The notes below the pieces were generated by a model. The model searched no databases and was not told the DNA's origin. It was given only the letters and a program-made list of their open reading frames with translations. From an uncultured cyanobacterium (GTDB taxonomy: Bacteria; Cyanobacteriota; Cyanobacteriia; Leptolyngbyales; Leptolyngbyaceae), in NCBI GenBank assembly GCA_963766075.1, contig CAVYAN010000051.1, forward strand, positions 1 to 64,000: a DNA stretch of 64,000 nt, in the 5' to 3' direction. Position 1 is the first letter of the stretch, and every line of letters starts with the position of its first letter. Shown in pieces: positions 50,253 through 60,897 of this stretch. The position numbers and the translations under genes are program-made.

Positions 50253-51977
50253 CTAGTTTTGATGTCCCGATTTAATCATTTGACTACTGAGGAAAATGAC
50301 CGGTAATAAGCCCACGCCTACAATTGCTAGGGCGGGTCCAGCGGCTTCGGCTAAACGTTCGTCAGAAGCCAAGTTGTAAACCTGTACAGCCAAGGTATCG
50401 AAATTAAACGGACGGACAATTAGCGTTGCAGGCAGCTCTTTCATGACATCCACAAAGACTAGAATCAGGCCGGTAATCAGTCCACTGCGCAATAGAGGAA
50501 GATGCACTCTGACCAAGGTGCTGAGGGGGCTATGTCCCAGGCTGCGGGCGGCCTCATCTAGGTTGGGTTTAATCTGATTTAAACTGGATTCCACCGTGCC
50601 TAGAGCCACGGCTAAGAAGCGGACTAAATAGGCAAATATCAAGGCGACCACCGTGCCACTGAGTAAGAGGCCCGTGGCTAGGCCAAACTGCGATCGCATC
50701 CAACTATCCAAGCCATTATCGATTTGCCCCAAAGGTACAAGCGTACCCACGGCAATGACGGAACCTGGAATCGCATAGCCCAGAGAGGCGAGGCTCACGG
50801 GAATCACCCGACTCCAATGGGCATGCAAGCGCACACTATAAGCCATCACAATAGCCACCACCAAGGCAATTGCGGCGGTGGCGATCGCCAGCAGGAAGCT
50901 ATGGCTGGCCAAGTCCCAAAAGCGCCCAACCGTGGGGGCTGCACTGCTGGGGAAATCGCTAGAATCATTGGCAGATGGGCGGCCTGGAGCGACCACCATT
51001 TGCAGCAGAACGCCTGCGGGCAGTAAAAACCCACAGATAATCGGCAGCGCGCAGGCCGTCGTTGCGAGGATAGCTCTCCCGCTCCCTAGGCTGTAGGGCG
51101 TGATTAATGCGCCTTGGCCACTTTGATAGTACTGTGCCTGTCCCCGAGAACGGCGCTCTAGCCAAATTAAGACAGCGACCGCTAGTAGAAGGCATCCCGC
51201 TAGTTGGGAGGCTGCCAACCGCTCACCCATCCCAAACCAGGTACGATAGATGCCGGTGGTGAAGGTGTCCACGGCAAAAAACTGCACCGTGCCATAGTCG
51301 TTCAAGGTTTCCATTAGGGCCAGGGAGAGTCCCGCTGTGATAGCCGGACGGGCGAGGGGGAAGCTCACCGTCACAAAGCTGCGCCAAGGACTACAGCCCA
51401 GAATGCGACTGGCTTCCAAGATGTGGGGCGATTGGTTCAGAAAGGCCGATCGCGCGGGTAAATAGACATAGGGGTAGAGCACGAGACTCAGCATGGCGAT
51501 CGCGCCACCCAGCGATCGCACATTGGGAAACCAGTAATCCTGCACGCTCTCCCAGCCAAACCATCCCCGCAGCAGGGTTTGCAGGGGACCATAAAACTCC
51601 AGGACTTCAGTGTAGGTGTACGCCAAAATGTAGGCAGGGGCTGCCAATGGCAACAGCAGTGCCCACTGAAACCAGCGCTGGCCTGGGAATCGACACATTG
51701 TGACTAACCACGCAGTGCCCACCCCCAGTCCCAAGGTGCCCACCCCGACCCCCAGCAGGAGCCAGCAGGAGTTGATCACGTAGGTTGGCAGCACCGTGGA
51801 TAAAAGGTGTGACCAAACATCGCCTGTGACAGCAAAACTGCTGCTCAATACCGCTAGCACAGGACTGAAGATTGTCAGGGCGATCGCCCCCACCGTTGCC
51901 GTCCAAATGCTCCAACGGAATTGTTGGAGGCGGTTAATCCAGGCGTTACCCCCTGCATTGTTGAACCTTGCCCGCAT
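50253..51977 (-). CDS. futB: Fe(III) ABC transporter permease
   Basis: LLPLAAPAYILAY, LYPYVY, METLNDYG, GYAIPGSV, KELPATL..RPFNFDTLA. Confidence 0.88.
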   Translation of the reverse strand: MRARFNNAGGNAWINRLQQFRWSIWTATVGAIALTIFSPVLAVLSSSFAVTGDVWSHLLSTVLPTYVINSCWLLLGVGVGTLGLGVGTAWLVTMCRFPGQRWFQWALLLPLAAPAYILAYTYTEVLEFYGPLQTLLRGWFGWESVQDYWFPNVRSLGGAIAMLSLVLYPYVYLPARSAFLNQSPHILEASRILGCSPWRSFVTVSFPLARPAITAGLSLALMETLNDYGTVQFFAVDTFTTGIYRTWFGMGERLAASQLAGCLLLAVAVLIWLERRSRGQAQYYQSGQGALITPYSLGSGRAILATTACALPIICGFLLPAGVLLQMVVAPGRPSANDSSDFPSSAAPTVGRFWDLASHSFLLAIATAAIALVVAIVMAYSVRLHAHWSRVIPVSLASLGYAIPGSVIAVGTLVPLGQIDNGLDSWMRSQFGLATGLLLSGTVVALIFAYLVRFLAVALGTVESSLNQIKPNLDEAARSLGHSPLSTLVRVHLPLLRSGLITGLILVFVDVMKELPATLIVRPFNFDTLAVQVYNLASDERLAEAAGPALAIVGVGLLPVIFLSSQMIKSGHQN

Positions 51978-52373
51978 GCCTGACCTCGCCCAATGTGACC
52001 GCTTTCAAATATACTCTTTACTAGCCTCTACCCATTGCTAAATTCCATTGCTAAATTCGCAGAATGAATTCGTTGATTCATCAGTGTTTTTGAATTTTAT
52101 GATATAGCCTCTAACCCAAGAGATGGAGTGGGTTAGGTTATCAGAAAAGTTGGATTAGAGGATGTTTCTAAGGAGATCGAAATAAGAGGGAGGATATTTC
52201 TAAACCATTAGAGAATATTTCCAAGAAAATTAGTTAAAACACCCGACATAATTTTAATGGAATCATGAATCTTTGAATTGAATCCTTTTAACTGAATTGT
52301 TTGATTGTATGGATTGAGATTATGTTTGGATCAGTTGTTGTTTAGCGTTTTGCCCCTAGTCAGTCCTAATACC

Positions 52374-53456
52374 ATGCCCCAGTCGCCGATTCTTCGGATT
52401 GAGAATATCACCAAACAATTCGCTAATGCCCAGACTGCCGCTGTCCAGAATCTCAGTCTGACCCTTTATTCGGGTGAAATTCTGGCTCTGTTAGGGCCAT
52501 CGGGCTGTGGCAAAACCACCTTGCTGCGTATGATTGCAGGCTTTGAATCGCCGCAGTCGGGTCAGATTTTTTTGGCGGGAAATCCAGTGGCGTCAGAGGG
52601 CTTTTGCCTGCCGCCGGAACGACGCGATGTCGGCATGGTGTTTCAGGACTATGCGCTGTTTCCGCATTTGACCGTGCGCCAAAATATCGCTTTTGGGCTC
52701 AAACATCGCCGACTAAACCCTGAATCCAAGACCCAGCAGGCCCGCATTGTCGGAGAAGCCATTGAGCGCGTCGGATTAGCCGGATTAGAAAACCGCTATC
52801 CCCACCAATTGTCTGGGGGGCAGCAACAGCGGGTAGCTTTGGCACGGGCCTTAGCTCCTTGTCCTGCCCTGATCCTATTGGATGAGCCGTTGAGCAATCT
52901 GGATGTCCAGGTGCGGCTGCGGTTGCGACAAGAAATTCGGGATATTTTGAAGCAAATGGGACTCTCGGCTATTTTTGTTACCCATGATCAAGAGGAAGCC
53001 CTAGGCATTGCCGACCAGGTTGCAGTGATGCAGCAGGGGAATATTGAACAGATCGGTCCTCCGGAAGATATCTATGCGGTCCCCAAGACTCGCTTCGTGG
53101 CGGAGTTTGTCACCCAGGCCAATTTTTTGCCTGCTTGTGCCCAGGAGGGAGAGTGGGCTACGGAAATTGGCACCTTCAAATTTCTCCTGGATCCCTATTC
53201 CGCCGATCTAGATTCCTGGGAAAACCCGCCCCAGTCGGCGGTGCTAATGATCCGTCGAGAAGAGATTCGATTGGTTCCGGAGCCTTATAGTGCCGTGGTT
53301 GTGTGCGATCGCCAATTCCTAGGGCGAGAGTATCGCTATAGCCTGCGTTTGCCATCGGGACAAATCCTGCAGGCTCTCACACCGACAGATACGGTCATCC
53401 CTGTGGGGGCTTTTGTTGCTGTTGATGTTTCTGACGCGCAGATGCAACTGTATTGA
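52374..53456 (+). CDS. futC: Fe(III) ABC transporter ATP-binding protein
   Basis: GPSGCGKT, VFQDYALFPH, LSGGQQQR, LLDEP; divergent from futB. Confidence 0.85.
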   Translation: MPQSPILRIENITKQFANAQTAAVQNLSLTLYSGEILALLGPSGCGKTTLLRMIAGFESPQSGQIFLAGNPVASEGFCLPPERRDVGMVFQDYALFPHLTVRQNIAFGLKHRRLNPESKTQQARIVGEAIERVGLAGLENRYPHQLSGGQQQRVALARALAPCPALILLDEPLSNLDVQVRLRLRQEIRDILKQMGLSAIFVTHDQEEALGIADQVAVMQQGNIEQIGPPEDIYAVPKTRFVAEFVTQANFLPACAQEGEWATEIGTFKFLLDPYSADLDSWENPPQSAVLMIRREEIRLVPEPYSAVVVCDRQFLGREYRYSLRLPSGQILQALTPTDTVIPVGAFVAVDVSDAQMQLY

Positions 53457-53520
53457 CCCAAATTGACCTAATTTCCCGGCTTGACAAGGGCTTTTGGAAA
53501 CCACTTGAAGTGACTTTGCG

Positions 53521-54291
53521 TCATCCTTCAAAGGCAGCTTGCTCTAATTCTCGCCGGCCCAATAATTGGGGTTTTAATACGTAAACGGTTTTCTGCTCAA
53601 TTTGGATAACATGCAGGTAGAACTCACGCTTGCCCTGCTTGAGTACTTCATAAACGCCAAGACCCGTTTCATCTTCTAACTCTAATTGAGTGAGACTATA
53701 GCCTTTATTGTGCAATTGCTGCTCGATGGTTTCGGCGACTTTGCGCCATTGGGTTTCACCAACCTGCCAGCAGCCTGGATTGCCCTGGCAACTGGGTTCT
53801 GCGCCTAAGATTTGGGAAATATTGCCCAGGATAGGTTCTGGGCCGGAGGGCGGGGGCTGCGGGGCTATGGACTTAGGATTGGTGGGCTGAGGCTCAATGA
53901 GCTGAGGCTCAATGGGCTGAGGCTCAATGGGCTGAGGCTCAGTGGGCTGAGGCTCGGTGGGCTTAGGGGGGATAGGCTGAGGCTCAGAGGCTATTGGGCT
54001 GGGTGGTGGGGCTTGAGTCTGGACGCTGGAAGGGGCGACGAGCGGGGCGGCTGTTGCTGCAATCACTGCGGTGGATTTGATCCGGGCAACTGGCGGTTGG
54101 GTCGTGGCTGGGGCTGGGATAGTTCGGGCCAACGGTACCGTATTGATTGCCTTTTTCACTACGGGTGGGGCCGCTTGGGGGACAGGTATTGCCAACAGCC
54201 CACCATGAAGCCCCAGGGCAACGAGCCAGGGAAAGACCAGAGGATGCAGGAGCGGCGAAGATTTGGAAACGGTCATGGAACGAAGAGACAA
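53521..54291 (-). CDS. Membrane-anchored Pro-rich protein (TonB-like N-terminus), hypothetical
   Basis: ALGLHGGLLAIP anchor and 15-bp EPQPI repeats. Confidence 0.65.
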   Translation of the reverse strand: MSLRSMTVSKSSPLLHPLVFPWLVALGLHGGLLAIPVPQAAPPVVKKAINTVPLARTIPAPATTQPPVARIKSTAVIAATAAPLVAPSSVQTQAPPPSPIASEPQPIPPKPTEPQPTEPQPIEPQPIEPQLIEPQPTNPKSIAPQPPPSGPEPILGNISQILGAEPSCQGNPGCWQVGETQWRKVAETIEQQLHNKGYSLTQLELEDETGLGVYEVLKQGKREFYLHVIQIEQKTVYVLKPQLLGRRELEQAAFEG

Positions 54292-54743
54292 TAATAAACC
54301 TGGCGTATTTCATCTTACAGAAATTGAGAATTTGAGGCAATAAACTGGAGTGATTGTGTGGCAATAGCGGCTCAGCGAGTATCCATTCCTGTCCTGAGGG
54401 CGATTTGAAGGGATTGGCGCTCTCAGCGTTTCCTCAGGCAAGTCTTATCTATTTCACGCTGGGTTTCATCAGCACCTCAGATAACCAGGATTTAATCAGA
54501 GTCATCGTTAACCCCCTAGATCCCCTAGATATCGTTAATGGCTCGATTTCTATTGATTCCTCAAGGAGATTCATGATGATCGAGTAACCTCAAGATTTTC
54601 ACGATGCGCTATGGGGCACCGTAGAATGATTGTGGGGTTTGCTTGCGGGTGGGCTTGCTGACTGGGGCGAATGTCGCCGCCCCTGCCAATTCGATCCTGC
54701 CAATTCGATATTGAGCCTTCACCCATGATTTAGGAGTATTGCT

Positions 54744-55424
54744 ATGACAGCCCCGGCCCACATTCTCCTGGTAGAAGATGAAGTGAAGCTGGCTCGGTTT
54801 GTGGAGCTTGAATTGAGCAGTGAGGGCTATCGCATTAGTGTTGCCCACGATGGTATGACAGGGCTCTCCTTGGCCCGGGAAACGGCTCCAGATTTGGCAA
54901 TTTTGGATTGGATGGTGCCTGGGTTATCGGGGTTGGAGCTGTGTCGGCGGTTGCGGGCCACGGGCAGTAAAATCCCGGTAATTATGCTGACCGCACGGGA
55001 TGAGGTGGGCGATCGCGTGGCAGGCCTCGATGCTGGCGCGGATGACTATGTGGTCAAACCCTTTAGCATTGAAGAGTTGTTGGCGCGGGTGAGGGCTCAT
55101 TTGCGCCGCACGCAGGAAGATGAAGCGGATACTGTGCAATTTGAGGATCTTCGCTTGAATCGGCTCACGCGGGAGGTTTTTCGTGGCCAGCGGCTGATTG
55201 ATCTAACCGCAAAAGAATTTGATTTATTGGACTATCTGTTTACCCATCCGCGCCAGGTGTTTACCCGCGATCAAATCCTGGAACATGTCTGGGGCTATGA
55301 TTTCATGGGCGACTCTAACATTATCGAGGTCTATGTCCGCTATCTGCGGTTGAAGCTCGAAGAGCAGGGAGAAAAACGATTGGTTCACACGGTGCGTGGT
55401 GTGGGGTATGCTCTGCGCGAGTAG
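54744..55424 (+). CDS. OmpR/PhoB-family response regulator
   Basis: [21 protein letters not shown], winged HTH ending TVRGVGY. Confidence 0.95.
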   Translation: MTAPAHILLVEDEVKLARFVELELSSEGYRISVAHDGMTGLSLARETAPDLAILDWMVPGLSGLELCRRLRATGSKIPVIMLTARDEVGDRVAGLDAGADDYVVKPFSIEELLARVRAHLRRTQEDEADTVQFEDLRLNRLTREVFRGQRLIDLTAKEFDLLDYLFTHPRQVFTRDQILEHVWGYDFMGDSNIIEVYVRYLRLKLEEQGEKRLVHTVRGVGYALRE

Positions 55425-55446
55425 AGAATTGAGGACTGCTGTAGGT

Positions 55447-55950
55447 ATGATGCAGATTCGAGATGCGATCGCGACGGATTTGCCCGCGATCGTTGAGATT
55501 TATAATGCGACGATTGCGAGTCGGATTGTCACAGCGGATATGGAGCCAGTATCGGTTGAGAGCCGCTGGGCATGGTTTCAGGCCCACCAGCCAAATCGGT
55601 ATCCGCTGTGGGTGATGGTAGATGATGCCGAGGTTTTGGGCTGGCTGGGGTTTCAACCCTTTTATGGGCGACCAGCCTATGCCCAAACAGCAGAATTGAG
55701 TATTTATATTGCCCCGAGTCACCGGCGGCGCGGCATTGGGCAATCCTTGTTGCAGCAGGCGATCGCCCACAGTCCAGCCCTTGGCATCTACACCCTGATG
55801 GGTTTTATCTTTGCTGATAATGTCGCCAGTGTGCAGTTATTTCAACGGTTTGAGTTTGAGTCGTGGGGCTGTCTGCCGCGGGTGGCGAACTTTGACGGCG
55901 TGGAACGGGATCTGGTGATTTTAGGACGGCGGTTGGGCGATCGTGCGTGA
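55447..55950 (+). CDS. GNAT acetyltransferase (phosphinothricin acetyltransferase-like)
   Basis: DLPAIVEIYN, FYGRPAY..TAELSIY, RRRGIG. Confidence 0.9.
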   Translation: MMQIRDAIATDLPAIVEIYNATIASRIVTADMEPVSVESRWAWFQAHQPNRYPLWVMVDDAEVLGWLGFQPFYGRPAYAQTAELSIYIAPSHRRRGIGQSLLQQAIAHSPALGIYTLMGFIFADNVASVQLFQRFEFESWGCLPRVANFDGVERDLVILGRRLGDRA

Positions 55951-56033
55951 GGGGATCGGGCAGGTTGATTAGAGCGGAATCGCAGGCCGATCGCGGTGGA
56001 TTCCCTGATGTCCTTGCGTTTATATCTTTGCGT

Positions 56034-56729
56034 TTATACCGTTGAGATCGCAGCAGGTTTCCAAGCGGCTAACCCTGTTAATACGTCTGCCGCGCTGGCT
56101 GTCCAACCGACAATGCCCCCTTGGGCACGCACCATTTCCAGGGTGGCTTGCTTAAATTCAGGAAAGTAGCTTTCGGTGCAGTCTGACACCATGAGGCATT
56201 CATAGCCGCGATCGTTAGCTTCGCGCATTGTGGTTTGGACACAGACCTCGGTGGTGACTCCCGTAATCATCAGATGAGTAATGTTCTGCGCTTTGAGAAT
56301 GTCAGACAAATCGGTGTTGTAAAATGCGCCCTTGCCCGGTTTGTGGATAATAAATTCACCCGGCAGGGGGGCCAGTTCGGGAATGATGCCATTGCCCGGT
56401 TCGCCCTTGACCAAAATCCGCCCCATGGGGCCTTTTGAGCCAATGGTTAGGTCACTGCGCCCCCGCTTGATCTTGGCTGGAGGACAGTCCGATAGATCCG
56501 GTGCATGGCATTCCAGGGTATGGATAACGGGCAGGTGGAGCTGGCGAAACCCAGCTAGCAATGTCTGGAGCGTGGGCACGATCGCCCGCAGCAACATCAC
56601 ATCATTGCCCAAGGCATCCCCAAAGCCACCGGGCTCCATAAAATCCCGCTGCATGTCAATGATCACCAACGCCACCTGACCTGATTCCGGCAGTGCGTAT
56701 TCGTAAGGCTGAGCTGCGATCGCCACCAT
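56034..56729 (-). CDS. trtA: Cysteine hydrolase, triuret hydrolase (TrtA)-like
   Basis: [42 protein letters not shown] match recalled TrtA rather than BiuH (GGYV, TTDVCV, QGGVFG). Confidence 0.7.
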   Translation of the reverse strand: MVAIAAQPYEYALPESGQVALVIIDMQRDFMEPGGFGDALGNDVMLLRAIVPTLQTLLAGFRQLHLPVIHTLECHAPDLSDCPPAKIKRGRSDLTIGSKGPMGRILVKGEPGNGIIPELAPLPGEFIIHKPGKGAFYNTDLSDILKAQNITHLMITGVTTEVCVQTTMREANDRGYECLMVSDCTESYFPEFKQATLEMVRAQGGIVGWTASAADVLTGLAAWKPAAISTV

Positions 56730-56849
56730 AATATAAATTTCCTCCAAGACATTGACCTACGACGGCTAATTTCGACCTGAAACCACCGCTATAGCACTGC
56801 AATCCAAACGCCTTTCTGGGAGGCCCCATCAGGCTCTATATCCAAAATC

Positions 56850-58427
56850 CTAGTGTCCCGCCATACTGCGACCAATTTCGGCAAAATCTGCCGTTTCAAT
56901 CGGGCTTTCGTAGGCAAACTCACCGCCGCTGATCACCAGAATCCGATCCGCCAGCTTGAGCAGTTCGTCCAAATCCTCGCTGACGAGCAGCACTGCCACA
57001 CCACGGTTGCGGGCGGCCAGAATCTCGCTGTGAATGTAATCTACGGCAGCAAAGTCCAGACCAAAGCAAGGATTGGCCGCAATCAACAGTTGGATATGCT
57101 CTGAATGCAATTCCCGCGCCAGCACTGTCCGCTGCACGTTACCGCCGGAGAGGTTTCCGACGGGGGTTTCAGGCGAGGGGGTTTTAATCCGAAAGGTGCC
57201 GATTAAGGTTTGGGCCATCTCGCGGATGGCGCTAAAGATCAGCAGAACGCCACCCTTGGCTTGGGGCGGGCGATCAAAGGTCCGAAATGCCAGATTTTCG
57301 GCAACACTCATGTGGGCGACGCAGGCATTTTTCAGAGGCTCTTCCGGCAGAACAAAGACCTTGTGCCGGAACATTTCGGCGCGGGTCGCCCGGTAGGGCG
57401 TGCCGTTAACGAGAACCTCGCCGCTGGTAGAATCCCGCTGCCCAGCCAGGACTTCGACGAGTTCTCGCTGTCCGTTTCCAGAAATCCCCGCAATCCCCAC
57501 GATTTCGCCATTCGATACACTGAGGTTGACCCGTGAGACGCCCTCAAATCCATTGTCTTTGTTGGCGCAGAGGTTAACCAGTTGCAGCACTGGCTTGGGG
57601 TCAGGGTGGGCAATCTTTTCAACGGGCTGCGGCTCGCGCTTTTCGCCCATCATCATCTCGGCCATGTCGCCAATGGATAGATTACTTACTTTACCGCTAC
57701 CCGCGAATTTTCCTTTGCGCAGCACGGTAATTTCGTCAGCAAAACCGGTGATTTCCCGGAATTTATGGCTGATCAGCAAAACGCTGAGCTTGTTGGCGGT
57801 AACTTGCTCGCGAATGAGGCCAAAGACTTCGTCGGCTTCGGCAGGGGTGAGGACCGAGGTGGGCTCATCTAAAATTAGAATTCGGCTCTGTAAATACAGC
57901 TGCTTGAGGATTTCGAGTTTTTGCTTTTGTCCGGCAGCAAGTTGGGCAATGGGCAGGTCCAAAGGGACTTTGAAGGGGGCGATCGCCATAAAGGCTTCCA
58001 GGCGATCACGCTCCGCCTTCCAATTGATCAAATTAGTGCTGTCAAACCGTGACAGCACCAAATTTTCCGCTACCGTCATCGCAGGCACAGATGTAAAGTG
58101 TTGATACACCATGCCAATGCCATATTGATGGGCATCCTTAGGACTCCCAATCTCCACCGTTCGACCATTAATCTGGATTTCCCCGGAAGTGGGCGTGTAG
58201 AAGCCCATAATGCACTTCACCAAGGTACTTTTGCCCGCGCCATTCTCTCCCAGTAGCGCATGGAAGGTTCCTGGCTTTAGCGTCATGGAAACATTGTCCA
58301 AGGCGACTAAGGAGCCAAACTGCTTCGTCATATTCACCACATGCAGTTCTGGAGGGGCTGCCTCATGCTGGACCGCAGGCGTAGATGTATTCAGGACTTC
58401 AGTCATCTCTATCACTCCATTTTGCAT
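56850..58427 (-). CDS. ABC transporter ATPase (CUT2/nucleoside type, two NBDs)
   Basis: GENGAGKSTL, LDEPTSVL, LSGGNVQR, LVSEDLDE. Confidence 0.93.
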   Translation of the reverse strand: MQNGVIEMTEVLNTSTPAVQHEAAPPELHVVNMTKQFGSLVALDNVSMTLKPGTFHALLGENGAGKSTLVKCIMGFYTPTSGEIQINGRTVEIGSPKDAHQYGIGMVYQHFTSVPAMTVAENLVLSRFDSTNLINWKAERDRLEAFMAIAPFKVPLDLPIAQLAAGQKQKLEILKQLYLQSRILILDEPTSVLTPAEADEVFGLIREQVTANKLSVLLISHKFREITGFADEITVLRKGKFAGSGKVSNLSIGDMAEMMMGEKREPQPVEKIAHPDPKPVLQLVNLCANKDNGFEGVSRVNLSVSNGEIVGIAGISGNGQRELVEVLAGQRDSTSGEVLVNGTPYRATRAEMFRHKVFVLPEEPLKNACVAHMSVAENLAFRTFDRPPQAKGGVLLIFSAIREMAQTLIGTFRIKTPSPETPVGNLSGGNVQRTVLARELHSEHIQLLIAANPCFGLDFAAVDYIHSEILAARNRGVAVLLVSEDLDELLKLADRILVISGGEFAYESPIETADFAEIGRSMAGH

Positions 58428-58486
58428 GAGTCTTACAGTCCGCTTGAATCCTCGTTGACTGGACCCAAGCGACTCCGGACTTGAAC

Positions 58487-58534
58487 CACTCCAGACCTTA
58501 ACTATTCCAGACCCTAACCACTTCAGACCCCAAA
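58487..58534 (+). repeat. 16-bp imperfect tandem repeat x3
   Basis: ccactccagaccttaa / ctattccagaccctaa / ccacttcagaccccaa. Confidence 0.65.
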
Positions 58535-58569
58535 TCCGTTAAAACCATTTAGGGTCCGAAACTCCAACT

Positions 58570-59520
58570 CTAGCCACTGATCGTTCCTAGGGCTCCGGGT
58601 GCGCCCGTGAGTGTCCTCTTCGGTGAACAGGTCACTACCATAATCAACAACGTCAGCACATAGGGAGCTGCATTGAACAAATAGTACCCGCCTTCTACAC
58701 CCACGGCCTGTAAGGCCGGACCAATCGCCTGTGCTCCGCCAAAAAACAGCGATGCCCAAAGACATTGAACGGGGTTCCAGCGGGCAAAAATTACGAGTGC
58801 CACAGCCATTAATCCCTGGCCACTTGAAATTCGCTCCGTCCAGCTACCGGGATAGACCAAGGACAAATAGGCCCCGCCAATTCCCGCTAAAAAACTGCCT
58901 GCAATGATGCACAGCATCCGCACCTGTTTAATCGAGACCCCCATGGCCAGTGCCGCATCAGGACTATCGCCCACTGCACGAATAAACAATCCCCAACGGG
59001 TATTTTTGAAAAACCACTGCATGACAAATGGGAGAATCACGCCAATAATAAATAGTGGACTAATTTTGAGTGCTGATTCCAATTGGGGTAAATTGCTCCA
59101 AGCCCCTAGTTCAATTGAGGGCAGTTGCGGGGCTTTAGGCTGGATGTAGGGCTTGCCCAAAAAGAAGGCCAACCCACTGCCAAAGATGATCATGGCAATG
59201 CCGACAGCGACATCATTCACCTTTGGCTGCTGCGATAGCCAAGCATGGATAAAGCCCATCAGCATACCCGCTACCCCTGCTGCCAAAACGCCAACCCAGG
59301 GGGATAGCCCTGCTCCCAGAGCCTTTTCCGATAGATAAGACACCGCATAGGCACTCATTGCACCCATCAGCAGTGCTCCTTCTAGACCCAGATTAATCTT
59401 GCCGCTTTTTTCCGTCAGACATTCGCCCAAACTGACGAATAGAAATGGGGCTCCGCCGCGCACGGTGCCTGCCAAGATACCGAGGGGAACGCCCCACCAA
59501 CCAAGTGCTTCTGTTGCCAT
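58570..59520 (-). CDS. ABC transporter permease (nucleoside/BMP type)
   Basis: EKSGKINLGLEG, RAVGDSP, GQGLMAVALVIFARWNP. Confidence 0.92.
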   Translation of the reverse strand: MATEALGWWGVPLGILAGTVRGGAPFLFVSLGECLTEKSGKINLGLEGALLMGAMSAYAVSYLSEKALGAGLSPWVGVLAAGVAGMLMGFIHAWLSQQPKVNDVAVGIAMIIFGSGLAFFLGKPYIQPKAPQLPSIELGAWSNLPQLESALKISPLFIIGVILPFVMQWFFKNTRWGLFIRAVGDSPDAALAMGVSIKQVRMLCIIAGSFLAGIGGAYLSLVYPGSWTERISSGQGLMAVALVIFARWNPVQCLWASLFFGGAQAIGPALQAVGVEGGYYLFNAAPYVLTLLIMVVTCSPKRTLTGAPGALGTISG

Positions 59521-59725
59521 AGGTCCTTTACAAATAGATCTTGAAACAAATTAGGGCTTAAACAAGACGAAGTGGGTATACCAGAAGAGCCAGACTAAAG
59601 GCCAAACATACAAGGATAGAGAATTGACTGTTTGTGTAAGCTCTCCTGTAGGGAAATCGCTGTGACAATGCCGAGGGTAGCAGCGCCAAGTGTGACAGTA
59701 AAGAGTTTGACACGGAAGAGATAAA

Positions 59726-60835
59726 TTAGCCGGGTGACGCTACCTTCGTGGCGAGTGAGGGTGGAGGACTCTTGGTGGGCGACTCTTTGAACATGGCGAA
59801 TTTGCCATAAAGAGAGTCGCTGTAAAGTACAACCAGGAAAACCAGGCCCTGAAAGACCATGACAGAGGCATCCGGTAGATTGAGGGTCCGCTGTAACGCC
59901 CCACCACTGGCAAGAATCCCGCCCAGCATGACGGCAACAATGCTTGCTGCTAGAGGATTATAGCGAGCTACAAATGCGACCAGAATTCCAGCGTAGCCAT
60001 AACCGGCTACCAAGGATTCGTTGGCACGACTATGGACTGCCGCTACTTCCACCATACCTGCGAGGCCAGCACAGGAGCCAGCCAGAAAGCAGATAATGAT
60101 AGTGAGTTTGCCCACGGGCAGGCCAGTTAGACGGGCGGCCTTAACATTTCCTCCGGCGGTACGAGCTGCAAAGCCAAAAGTGGTGTGCTGAATTAGGAAG
60201 TAAGCAATGATGCAGGCAATGATGCCGTAGATGAGCCCGTAGTGAATCCGGGTGTCTCCAATCATGCCTAGCTTGTCTTCAACGGGGATGGGATAGCTGG
60301 AAGGCTTGTTGAGGGATGTTGGGTCTCGCATGGGACCGCCCACCAAATGATTTAAAAGGGCAATCGCAATGTAGTTCATTAACAAACTGCTAATGGTTTC
60401 ATTGACAGCTCGGTAATGGCGTAGCGCCCCGACGATCGCAATCCAGATGCCGCCCGCGAAAATGCTGGCGATCGCCATCCCAAGTTGGGTGATGAATGGG
60501 GGGGCGATCGGGGCTAAACTCAACCCTGCGATCACCGCTCCCAAGCCCCCCATCACCAAAGCGCCCTCGTTACCAATAATCATCAATCCTAGACGCGCAG
60601 GCAATGCTGTACAGAGGGCTGTCAGCATCAGAGGTGCGGCTCGAATGAGAGTATTCTGAAAGGAAAACCAATTCCCAAAGGCGGCCTTATAAATTGTCCC
60701 GTACACCGCTAGAGGATTAGCGCCTGCCGCCGCACAAAAACCCCCAAACAGAACTAGAGCGAACACTACAGAGGCGAGCGGTATCACAATAGCCTCTGCG
60801 ACTTTGCGCCAGTTTGAACTGCTGATCATGGCCAT
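59726..60835 (-). CDS. ABC transporter permease (nucleoside/BMP type)
   Basis: IGNEGAL, VNETISSLLMNYIA, GYGYAGILVA. Confidence 0.92.
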   Translation of the reverse strand: MAMISSSNWRKVAEAIVIPLASVVFALVLFGGFCAAAGANPLAVYGTIYKAAFGNWFSFQNTLIRAAPLMLTALCTALPARLGLMIIGNEGALVMGGLGAVIAGLSLAPIAPPFITQLGMAIASIFAGGIWIAIVGALRHYRAVNETISSLLMNYIAIALLNHLVGGPMRDPTSLNKPSSYPIPVEDKLGMIGDTRIHYGLIYGIIACIIAYFLIQHTTFGFAARTAGGNVKAARLTGLPVGKLTIIICFLAGSCAGLAGMVEVAAVHSRANESLVAGYGYAGILVAFVARYNPLAASIVAVMLGGILASGGALQRTLNLPDASVMVFQGLVFLVVLYSDSLYGKFAMFKESPTKSPPPSLATKVASPG

Positions 60836-60855
60836 AGTCAAAAAAGATTGTTGAC

Positions 60856-60897
60856 AGCGTATGGGAAAACTCTGGCACAGAATGTGCCGTAAATAAC
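60856..60897 (-). promoter_or_regulatory. Putative NtcA-activated promoter
   Basis: Minus strand reads GTT-N8-CAC-N22-TACGCT (consensus GTA-N8-TAC-N22-TAN3T). Confidence 0.55.
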
